A stretch of DNA of 64,000 nt from Macrostomum lignano. Its lineage: Eukaryota. Position 1 is the first letter of the stretch. Every line of letters starts with the position of its first letter. Below, one piece after another: positions 13,190 through 23,758 of this stretch. The notes under the pieces were generated by a model, which did no database searches, was not told the origin of the DNA, and saw nothing but the letters and a program-made list of their open reading frames with translations. The position numbers and the translations under genes were made by a program. The stretch is taken from positions 81,522 through 145,521 of the forward strand of contig NIVC01002732.1 of assembly GCA_002269645.1 (NCBI GenBank), written 5' to 3'.

Positions 13190-13330
13190 TAGATAGACAC
13201 TGAGACACATAAGACGGACACTGAGACACTCAGATGGACACTGAGACACTCAGATGGACACTGAGACACTCAGATGGACACTGAGACACTCAGATGGACA
13301 CTGAGACACATAAGACGGACACTGAGACAG
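12675..13330. repeat. (GACA)n microsatellite with recurring GATAGATAGACACTAAGACACATAAGACG inserts and a terminal 20-bp repeat
   Basis: Direct. Confidence 0.95.
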
Positions 13331-14688
13331 CCGGAACGACACCACAGCTAAGTGCGCCGAGAAAGTGACAATCCCCGAATTCTGTTGGCTATTAAAAGTG
13401 CATTCGCAGGACAAAATTCTGCTGACGTCAGAGGCTGCACAGCGGTAGCAATGCAGGTTGCCCTGGATTGTCCATGAATGACCAATTATCCTGCTAGAAA
13501 CTTATAGGAAGAGGATCGGAGCGAAAGCATTGTAAAAAAGGCGAGCGAGAGCCGCAGAAGGGACCTTAGAAAGTTTCCTTCGCATCCCGCAACTCCTCTC
13601 CAGTCGAAGTCTGTGCAGGCTTTCCTCTGACGCGTCCTAAAGTGCAGTCAGTAGTTGGCCTATTTTTAGCCAGCAACCCAGGGCACCGGAGTCGTGGAAT
13701 ACTGCTCCTTGTGATCTGGGGAGGGACACCGTTTCAGCTACCAGTTCCAACTCTTCCTGAAGCTGCTTTCCTTTATATTTTTCACACTTTTACTCGTAGC
13801 CGATGAGTTCGGTGTCTGCTGGAAGACCTATTGCACCCTGTTCCCGCACTTGTTCCTGACTTGAGTTGCCACTAAGCTGGATGTGAAGTGGATGAAGAAG
13901 TTACCTGGATTAAATATCTTTCCAGAAACTCCGCATATTGTCCCAATGGAAAACCATTGCTGCTCAAGCTGACCAAGCAGTTTAATTGTCGCTGGTCTTC
14001 GGTATCAAATCCGGTCTTTCACCTGCCGGATTAGTAGGTAGATGTCTCCCCGAAAGCTGATTGTCTGGGTGGGCTTTGGACAGGGCGTCCTTGATTTTCC
14101 AATCCAGATGTTGTTAACACGAGAGCTCCAGGAGCATTTCGGATAGGGCAGTATGTGTACTGCAAATGATAATAAATATTCCCAATACACACTCGATCCG
14201 TTTAATCGCCAAGTTCCCACCAGCCTGAAGTGGAAAATCTTTTTTAGACCACCATCGCCCTCGATAAGCCCCTGCCTTACCCCCCCCCCACCCTCCATTC
14301 TGGGCCTCTCTCGCCTGCGCAATTGGAAAAGATTTCTTCACCAAGCCGAGGAACCCAAAAAGGCAATGCAAGCGGAGCGCGTTGCTTTTTATACTTCCGG
14401 GATTGCGTTTGCTTGAACGGCCGTTGGGTTGGGAGAAAGGCGCTGTGGGGTAAGCGGGGTCAGAAATCCAGGGCCTTGTCCGAGCCAATTGGGGTTGAAG
14501 GAATTAGAGGAACACAAATTCGACTGCGGGTATATCTCTGTATGTGTGTCCAAATCCGCTGGAGGGAGTGGGGCAGGACTTTTGCACTTTTAGCTCGTAT
14601 AAGTCGCAGATCCCAAAGCGCGTTGCATGGTCTCGGGATGGATTTTAGAAAAAGGATCATTGTAGCCCGTCTTCTTCTGGCGCAGGCC

Positions 14689-14715
14689 TAGGGTTAGGGT
14701 TAGGGTTAGGGTTAG
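14689..14715 (+). repeat. Short interstitial telomere-type repeat (TTAGGG)~4
   Basis: TAGGGTTAGGGTTAGGGTTAGGGTTAG, about 200 bp upstream of the F-box ATG. Confidence 0.85.
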
Positions 14716-14914
14716 CCCCAAGCAGGAAGTTTGGCGTTCTTCCGCGTGTCTGAAAAAAGGAATCGACAAAACTGGTCGGTCGAATTCTACTGGACGCGAA
14801 GGCTGCACGAGAGGGCTCGCCCAGCCCCACCGCCGCCTCCCCGGTGGGGATAAATTATAACTCTCTATTTCCCGTGTCTAGGTCGATAACACGTCACAGT
14901 TCAATTCCCTAATA

Positions 14915-15877
14915 ATGGGCTCCAGCAGCTCAGCATTGAGTAGGCGTACTCAACAGTTGTCAATATTGGACGAGTTTCAAGTTCAATCGATGAGATCAGA
15001 CGAACTCGATGGCTTGGAGGTGGCAACAGCAGGTGACGATCAACAACAATTCGAGTTTTCCCTGAGCCGCTTACCCTACGAGTGTCTGTGTAGGATCTCT
15101 TCTCATTTGAGCAGCGACGACTTGCTCAGCCTGTGCCAGACCAGCCCGGAGAACTGCAGACTGTTCGGCGCCGAGGTGTTCTGGACGTCGGCTGGACCGC
15201 GATCCAGCTCCAGAGAATCGCTGTACGAATCATTGAACCACGCGTTGGAACGGAAGCTCTGCATCCCTGTGGAGAGTCTAAACAATGGCACCTACCTGCC
15301 GTCGCTTGAAGAAGCAGACAGCTACTCTGGGCGAGTTGTCTACCTGCACGATTTGAACTGCCGCAATGCAGCGGTTGTCGCGGGCTCCGGCAGGTCCGGC
15401 ATCGGATCAGAGGGCAGCCGTCTGAGCATTCACGACTACGTGCCGGGCCTGCCTAAAGGCACCTATCAGGTGACTCTGCGGGCGAAACTCGGTGCTCACT
15501 GGCGCCTACAGGGTGTCACTGAGGTGCTGCTGGTGCCGGATGCGCCCAGGCTCGACTGCCTGCTCCGAGCTCGCATTCCCGAGCGGAAGTGGCGCAGTCT
15601 GGCCTTCAGACACGGCTTCGAGCGCTGGTTCTGCCTTCGACTCGGCCGCCTGAGCCTGCCGCGCTGCAGCGGCATCCGAGTACAGATTGTCAACAGCCGG
15701 ATTAGCAAGAGCCATCTGAAGGAGGGCGTCTATTTGGACTGCATCGAGCTGACGCCGCTGGACTGCCCCGTCGCTGAGTTTGTCGGCTATCGTCGGACGA
15801 GACGAAAAGATGAAGCAGGCGCCGCCGCCGTCGCCGCCACGGATGCTGCAGCAGAAGCTTATTGCCAGGTGTTGTGA
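14915..15877 (+). CDS. Intronless F-box protein (320 aa) with a C-terminal PP2 (phloem protein 2)-like beta domain
   Basis: F-box motif LSRLPYECLCRISSHLSSDDLLSLCQTS. C-terminal motifs LPKGTYQVTLRAKL, RWFCLRLGRL and KEGVYLDCIELTP resemble PP2 motifs (LSPxTxYxxYLVFKL, GWMEIELGEF, KSGLIxEGIEIRP). F-box call is strong; PP2 call is moderate (by eye). Confidence 0.75.
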   Translation: MGSSSSALSRRTQQLSILDEFQVQSMRSDELDGLEVATAGDDQQQFEFSLSRLPYECLCRISSHLSSDDLLSLCQTSPENCRLFGAEVFWTSAGPRSSSRESLYESLNHALERKLCIPVESLNNGTYLPSLEEADSYSGRVVYLHDLNCRNAAVVAGSGRSGIGSEGSRLSIHDYVPGLPKGTYQVTLRAKLGAHWRLQGVTEVLLVPDAPRLDCLLRARIPERKWRSLAFRHGFERWFCLRLGRLSLPRCSGIRVQIVNSRISKSHLKEGVYLDCIELTPLDCPVAEFVGYRRTRRKDEAGAAAVAATDAAAEAYCQVL

Positions 15878-16103
15878 CAACTAACTGCTATTGCGTTGGA
15901 GCGACTTTTCCTAGTGACACGCGGATGTCACTTGGGAGCAAATTTGCTTAAACCTGGGTTAGACTGACTTCAGCCAGCTAAACTAGGGTATGCCATGGTA
16001 AAACTTGGGTAAACTGACATAAATCATGATTAAACCTGGGAGTACACTAGCGTAAACTGGGGTAGACTATGGTAGACTGCTGTAAACTACTGGTTAGTTA
16101 TGT

Positions 16104-16287
16104 AATAACAAATAATTGATTACACCTGCCATCTGAACAGCTGCGTACTGGGGGGTCGCCAAAAACACCCTCAATTACCCATTTTACAGCTGGGTGAACT
16201 GAAGCAATGTAGAGTTAAGTGTCTTGCTCAAGGACACAAATTGTTCCGAGCGGGTCAATAATCGAACCCCGACCTTTCAATCGTAAG
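16104..16287 (-). mobile_element. 5'-truncated, internally deleted copy of the CORE-type SINE
   Basis: Reverse complement matches 6770-7040 (GGTTCGATT...GTGTCCTTGAGCAAGACAC...CAGCTGTAAAATGGG...CAATTATT). Confidence 0.85.
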
Positions 16288-17159
16288 GTTGTTCGCGTAG
16301 ATTTTAAAGTCAATGTCAAACTGGAGCATCACACACAGGAAGTTCAGACTACAATTATGTATCGTAGATAGTTGGAAGGAGAGCATTTTCGGGGCTAAAC
16401 GATTTTTGTGGAATACGTAGCTTTACCTGTAGTTATAGGTACGCATAAGGAATGTAGAAAGAGGTGCGTTGTAAAAAAGTCACATTTGGAAGCAGACGGT
16501 TCAAATGTTTTGTAATTTTAACACTGGCGCTTTGTTACAACTTTTAGATTTTAATAATGTTTGCGTCAAGTCCCTTTTAAATGTTCCTTCCATAGTTTTT
16601 GTATATTCTCCACAGCCTCTACTTGCTACTGAATGCGATGAGTAGACGACTCGCGTGTTCGCATAGATTTTAGATAAGACTTGGTTTCGTAGAAATTAAA
16701 ATTATGTATTTTTCTAAGTCTACTGCAAAGCTTTACAAATAAATAAAAATATTTAAGACTATCGTTTATGTGGCTTTTCTACGAAATAAAACTAAATATT
16801 TCAATTTTCATTATTGATTATTATATCAATTGTAGGAATTATGCATGCCCATTACTTTATTGTTTTTCCATAATTATAACAAAATAGTATTTTGCTTATG
16901 AAACAGAAGAAATTATTGTGAAACCTGATGCACGATTACTACTACTACTACTATTACTACTACTAGCTCGTAAATGTAATATACCTACTGTAAAATGCAT
17001 CATATCAGTTACTTTAATCACGCACGCGACTTTAGCATGACCTCATTAACTCACAAATCCAGTGCTCAAGGCAACAGTAAACTACCCAGCAGCCAACGAG
17101 CAGTCAAGTCCATCCCGCTGACCCCGAGCACGCCACATAGATAAAGCACTCAGACACAC

Positions 17160-17301
17160 CTCGCACATGGTGTACAGCGGCGCAGGCTTGTACACTTTCT
17201 GAGCTTGGGGCTTGGCTATGTAGTACTCGTGCCTGTGAGTCCCATACATTTGATCCACTCGGCTGGGATTATGCAATACACGATTGTTCGGGTGCAGCAG
17301 A
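17160..17301 (-). CDS. Possible isolated internal exon (LLHPNNRVLHNPSRVDQMYGTHRHEYYIAKPQAQKVYKPAPLYTMCE)
   Basis: Open frame between an AG acceptor and a GT donor on the minus strand. No neighbouring exons confirmed. Confidence 0.3.
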
Positions 17302-17506
17302 CTTAAGCAGGCTTAAGGAATGAAAACTGATTCCCGAAGCAGTCAGCTGTTCCACCACCTGCTTCATTTAATATTACTTTTTTTCTAAACAGAATTTATA
17401 TGAGGAATATTCATTAACTAGAAAAAATAAGAAAGAAATAGTTATGTGCACCCCTAAGTGTTTTCTCAGAATCTTTAATGTAGAAATTAAATTAAACCTG
17501 TGTAAC

Positions 17507-17905
17507 AAGTGACACTATCCTGTCTAACAGGTGACACTATCCTGTCTAACAGGTGACACTATCCTGTCTAACAGGTGACACTATCCTGTCTAACAGGTGA
17601 CACTATCCTGTCTAACAGGTGACACTATCCTGTCTAACAGGTGACACTATTCTGTCTAACAGGTGACACTATCCTGTCTAACAGGTGACACTATTCTGTC
17701 TAACAGGTGACACTATCCTGTCTAACAGGTGACACTATTCTGTCTAACAGGTGACACTGTCCTGTCTAACAGGTGACACTATCCTGTCTAACAGGTGACA
17801 CTATCCTGTCTAACAGGTGACACTATCCTGTCTAACAGGTGACACTATTCTGTCTAACAGGTGACACTGTCCTGTCTAACAGGTGACACTGACCTGTCTA
17901 ACAGG
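17507..17905. repeat. 22-bp minisatellite (ACAGGTGACACTATCCTGTCTA)n
   Basis: Direct periodicity. Confidence 0.95.
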
Positions 17906-18264
17906 TGAGGCAATGAAGATAAAGTTGTTAATGCATCATCCGGACCGCCGACAAGACAGATTCCATTTTCCTCTACACGAAATGGCAAGCCAAGCGATTC
18001 AGTTAGGCAAACAGAAGACTAAAACAAATTATTTTGGCCGCCTATGCAAACATGGCTTAACCATCTTTTCTATCTTTTTCTCCAGTGCAGCAGCCTGCTC
18101 TGGTGTTTACCCGAGTTAAGTGTTTGCGAAGTCTTGAAGGTTCGCATTTCCTGGAAAGACCGAATGCTCAAGCAAGCAGCATAGAGAGGCACAGACCTAC
18201 ACATTTCTCTAGAGCTAACAAGTGAAACAAAAGTCTAATTACGAAAGCAGTAACACGTTGAACA

Positions 18265-19042
18265 ATGAGAAACATCTGAGAGAGACACATGAATCAGTGA
18301 GAAACATCTGAGAGAGACACACGAATCAGTGAGAAACATCTGAGAGAGACACATGAATCAGTGGGAAACATCTGAGAGAGACACATGAATCAGTGGGAAA
18401 CATCTGAGAGAGACACACGAATCAGTGAGAAACATCTGAGAGAGACACACGAATCAGTGAGAAACATCTGAGAGAGACACACGAATCAGTGAGAAACATC
18501 TGAGAGAGACACACGAATCAGTGAGAAACATCTGAGAGAGACACACGAATCAGTGAGAAACATCTGAGAGAGACACACGAATCAGTGAGAAACATCTGAG
18601 AGAGACACACGAATCAGTGAGAAACATCTGAGAGAGACACACGAATCAGTGAGAAACATCTGAGAGAGACACATGAATCAGTGAGAAACATCTGAGAGAG
18701 ACACATGAATCAGTGAGAAACATCTGAGAGAGACACACGAATCAGTGAGAAACATCTGAGAGAGACACACGAATCAGTGAGAAACATCTGAGAGAGACAC
18801 ACGAATCAGTGAGAAACATCTGAGAGAGACACACGAATCAGTGAGAAACATCTGAGAGAGACACACGAATCAGTGAGAAACATCTGAGAGAGACACACGA
18901 ATCAGTGAGAAACATCTGAGAGAGACACATGAATCAGTGAGAAACATCTGAGAGAGACACATGAATCAGTGAGAAACATCTGAGAGAGACACACGAATCA
19001 GTGAGAAACATCTGAGAGAGACACACGAATCAGTGAGATACA
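18265..19042. repeat. 32-bp minisatellite (GAATCAGTGAGAAACATCTGAGAGAGACACAC)n
   Basis: Direct periodicity. Confidence 0.95.
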
Positions 19043-19442
19043 TCACAGCGGGCATGAAAGGTGAGTTAAAAGTGCTAATACAACATACGCGGTGAGATAG
19101 AAAGATATGGAGCAGGTTCTCAGAGGGGTAGACTCAATTCTTTCTGTACCTTTTCAATTCATTTTCATTGTCCTTTTGCTCAACCGCCTGTCCATGCCGC
19201 CGAAGCGCTTAATTAGCATTTATCTGCGTGCAGCCGATTCCATCTCTTATCTTATCTTGAAGCCGCTGTGCTAATTGTCCCGTTTACCGCAGCGGTAGCA
19301 CAGCTCTAAAAAACTACGATATAAAAGTTCTTCAAAGCGTCGCATTTTTTGTTGCCTAATTTGCACTGGATGAAAATTAATAGATAAGGCCCTAACCTCT
19401 CTGGGTAGATTTGATTCTAGCTCTGAGTATATTCACTCTGAA

Positions 19443-20355
19443 GTGTAGATAGACACACTCTAATGTGTAGATAGACACACTCTAATGTGTAGGTAGACAC
19501 ACTCTAATGTGTAGGTAGACACACTCTAATGTGTAGATAGACACACTCTAATGTGTAGATAGACACACTCTAATGTGTAGATAGACACACTCTAATGTGT
19601 AGATAGACACACTCTAATGTGTAGGTAGGCACACTCTAATGTGTAGATAGACACACTCTAATGTGTAGATAGACACACTCTAATGTGTAGGTAGACATAC
19701 TCTAATGTGTAGGTAGACGCACTCTAATGTGTAGGTAGACACACTCTAATGTGTAGGTAGACACACTCTAATGTGTAGATAGACACACTCTAATGTGTAG
19801 ATAGACACACTCTAATGTGTAGATAGACACACTCTAATGTGTAGATAGACACACTCTAATGTGTAGGTAGACACACTCTAATGTGTAGGTAGACACACTC
19901 TAATGTGTAGGTAGACACACTCTAATGTGTAGGTAGACACACTCTAATGTGTAGGTAGACACACTCTAATGTGTAGGTAGACACACTCTAATGTGTAGGT
20001 AGACACACTCTAATGTGTAGGTAGACACACTCTAATGTGTAGATAGACACACTCTAATGTGTAGATAGACACACTCTAATGTGTAGGTAGACACACTCTA
20101 ATGTGTAGGTAGACACACTCTAATGTGTAGGTAGACACACTCTAATGTGTAGGTAGACACGCTCTAATGTGTAGGTAGACACACTCTAATGTGTAGGTAG
20201 ACACACTCTAATGTGTAGATAGACACACTCCAATGTGTAGATAGACACACTCTAATGTGTAGGTAGACACACTCTAATGTGTAGGTAGACACACTCTAAT
20301 GTGTAGGTAGACATACTCTAATATGCAGGTAGGGACACTCTAATCTGTAGATAGA
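19443..20355. repeat. 22-bp minisatellite (TAGACACACTCTAATGTGTAGR)n
   Basis: Direct periodicity. Confidence 0.95.
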
Positions 20356-20852
20356 TTAACTCCAATGAGTAGATTAATTTTAATCGTGAATGGGGTAGAA
20401 TCGCTCTTGGCCCATGCATGCTGCAGAATGTTTAGAACTTTAAAGCAGCACTTATCAGCACTCGCTAAAAGAGTAGCTCTTAGAGTAAACTCTTGCCTTC
20501 TATTGTTGTGTGGCCAACTCAGTTGCTATGCAAATAGTTCACCTTGCAGATGAGCTCCACAATTGATTTCTTTTCATGAGTGCCATTGTGAGCGCTTGGT
20601 AACCATTTTAATGGGAAGCTCCATCGTTGCGACGCCTGACTGCCCCACCATTGTGAGGGGATTTCAAATCCTCTTTCTTCTGGCTTCAAGCATTGTGAAA
20701 GAGAGCGTGACAGCTTGGCGCTTTTTGACTGAACTCGTCACTTTTCTATATGCTGTTGAGATGTGATAGTAAACCCGTATTCATAACATTTTACTAGTGT
20801 ACATAGGTATGTAGGTATGCCAAGGTAGCCTAGCTATGAACTCAATAGTCCA

Positions 20853-21690
20853 TATCTGTCACTCTAAGCTCCGCATCTGTCACTCTAAGCTCCGTATCTG
20901 TCACTCTAAGCTCCGCATCTGTCACTCTAAGCTCCGTATCTGTCACTCTAAGCTCCGTATCTGTCTCTCTATGCTCCGTATCTGTCTCTCTAAGCTCCGT
21001 ATCTGTCACTCTAAGCTCCGTATCTGTCACTCTAAGCTCCGTATCTGTCACTCTAAGCTCCGTATCTTTCACTCTAAGCTCCGTATCTGTCTCTCTAAGC
21101 TCCGTATCTGTCACTCTAAGCTCCATATCTTTCACTCTAAGCTCCGTATCTGTCTCTCTAAGCTCCGCATCTGTCACTCTAAGCTCCGTATCTGTCACTC
21201 TAAGCTCCGTATCTGTCACTCTAAGCTCCGTATCTTTCACTCTAAGCTCCGTATCTTTCACTCTAAGCTCCGTATCTTTCACTCTAAGCTCCGTATCTGT
21301 CTCTCTAAGCTCCGCATCTGTCACTCTAAGCTCCGTATCTGTCACTCTAGGCTCCGTATCTGTCACTCTAAGCTCCGTATCTTTCACTCTAAGCTCCGTA
21401 TCTGTCACTCTAAGCTCCGCATCTGTCACTCTAAGCTCCGTATCTGTCTCTCTAAGCTCCGTATCTGTCACTCTAAGCTCCGTATCTGTCACTCTAAGCT
21501 CCGTATCTGTCACTCTAAGCTCCGTATCTGTCGCTCTAAGCTCCGTATCTGTCACTCTAAGCTCCGTATCTGTCACTCTAAGCTCCGTATCTGTCACTCT
21601 AAGCTCCGTATCTGTCACTCTAAGCTCCGTATCTGTCACTCTAAGCTCCGTATCTGTCACTCTAAGCTCAGTATCTGTCGCTCTAAGCTC
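20853..21690. repeat. 21-bp minisatellite (CTCTAAGCTCCGTATCTGTCA)n
   Basis: Direct periodicity; source of the 7-aa repeat ORFs. Confidence 0.95.
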
Positions 21691-22117
21691 TGATCGTCCA
21701 ATTTCTAAAATTCTAGGGTCTATACGAAAATCGGAGGCAAGAATTCAACCGAGACTATGCTGAGAACAACTAAATTAATGATTGGACAGTAGCCAACCAC
21801 GTGTCTGACTGTGAACTGTGAGCTGCAAATTTTATGAGCCATGCAGAACGCGGAGCTAGATCTGCTGAGTAGCTAGCTAATACGCATTCCCAGCTGATTG
21901 AAACTCCAATTGCACTTTCCTTTTCTATAGCAGTTCTACTAATATATTTCTGACGATTCCACCGATTACGTCTGTCTGTTTTGGGATGTACTTGTGATAG
22001 ATGCCTCTAGACATTTTCTCAGGCCATTGGCGAAAAGTTCAAGGTATTGTTTTGGCAATGACAGTGAGTGTCCACGGGACTGACAAAGATGCGTCTCGCT
22101 CCTGTAACTCTCCAATT

Positions 22118-22975
22118 ATCTACCCACCTCTCTACCCACCTCTCTACCCATCTCTCTACCCATCTCTCTACCCTTCTCTCTACCTATCTCTCTACCTATC
22201 TCTCTACCCTTCTCTCTACCTATCTCTCTACCCTTCTCTCTGCCCTTCTCTCTACCCACCTCTCTACCCATCTCTCTACCCATCTCTCTACCCACCTCTC
22301 TACCCATCTCTCTACCCATCTCTCTACCCATCTCTCTACCCATTTCTCTACCCATCTCTCTACCCATCTCTCTACCCATCTCTCTACCCATCTCTCTACC
22401 CATCTCTCTACCCATCTCTCTACCCATCTCTCTACCCATCTCTCTACCCATCTCTCTACCCACCTCTCTACCCACCTCTCTACCCATCTCTCTACCCATC
22501 TCTCTACCCTTCTCTCTACCTATCTCTCTACCTATCTCTCTACCCTTCTCTCTACCTATCTCTCTACCCTTCTCTCTACCTATCTCTCTACCTATCTCTC
22601 TGCCCTTCTCTCTACCCACCTCTCTACCCATCTCTCTACCCATCTCTCTACCTATCTCTCTACCTATCTCTCTACCTATCTCTCTACCCATCTCTCTACC
22701 CACCTCTCTACCCACCTCTCTACCCATCTCTCTACCCATCTCTCTACCCTTCTCTCTACCTATCTCTCTACCTATCTCTCTACCCTTCTCTCTACCTATC
22801 TCTCTACCCTTCTCTCTGCCCTTCTCTCTACCCACCTCTCTACCCATCTCTCTACCCATCTCTCTACCTATCTCTCTACCCATCTCTCTACCCTTCTCTC
22901 TACCCATCTCTCTACCTATCTCTCTACCTATCTCTCTACCCACCTCTCTACCCATCTCTCTACCCGTCTTTACCC
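22118..22975. repeat. 12-bp minisatellite (CTCTCTACCCAT)n
   Basis: Direct periodicity. Confidence 0.95.
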
Positions 22976-23758
22976 ATATCTCTTTTCTCTTAGCTTCAAA
23001 CTTGGCTTCGTATTCGCCACTTGGCTGGGCTCCAAAAAACAGGATTTCGACTGCAATAGTAAAAACTCCGTCAGCTCCAGTTAGGCGCAAACTTCTACTA
23101 CAAACCGCATTGTTACTTCAGCTAACTATTGCCTGTACCTACCCAAGAAAACCTAGTCTGTTTTCACTCACACATCTAGTAGCCACACTCTCTGTAAGAG
23201 AAATAACAGTTATCATTTTGTATGTTTCAACCCAACGTTTTGTGTGCAAAGCTATTTTTTTCTAATCATTCAACATGCGCTTCTAGAACCACGCATTTTT
23301 AGGAGACGAAATGAACTTCTCTCTCTATCTATAGGTGCTTAATAACCCAAGCCCTCCCATTGAGCATTCGTGTATATTTATCTGAGGCCAACCTGCAGCA
23401 GTAGCTATGCTATGCTTTGTTATTCAGTACACTTCTCAATTCTGAGAGACAGGCATGGATGCTGGGCCACCCCATCAACAAAGTCTGTTATATCTTCTCT
23501 TTCTGTGCTGAAAACTTCTGACCGTTGCCTTCTCCCTCTCTCTCCCCTCCCTCCCTCTCTCTTTCCCTTCCATTGGAGGCGTCCATAGCAACAGCTTCTC
23601 CAGTAGTATTCTCAGCCACTCAGGGCATTATTAAGCATTATTAGAACGCCGGACTGCAGCTCGAAGCCCGTGACAGAGAAACAGACTAGCCAAGCAAACC
23701 TTAGAACTAAATATTTAAAAAATAACAAATAGAATTATAACAAAGAATAGCAAGAAAA

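Noticed and set aside
17507-17905. SP6 phage promoter-like AGGTGACACTAT in each unit (possible vector contamination)
   Set aside because: Only a 12-nt match inside a natural diverging tandem array, with no other vector sequence.
20836-23090. Long ORFs 20836-21693, 20842-21660, 22001-22993, 22068-23084 and 22116-23090 as repetitive proteins
   Set aside because: They are stop-free readings of 21-bp and 12-bp minisatellites, open on both strands, with no third-position bias or splice context.
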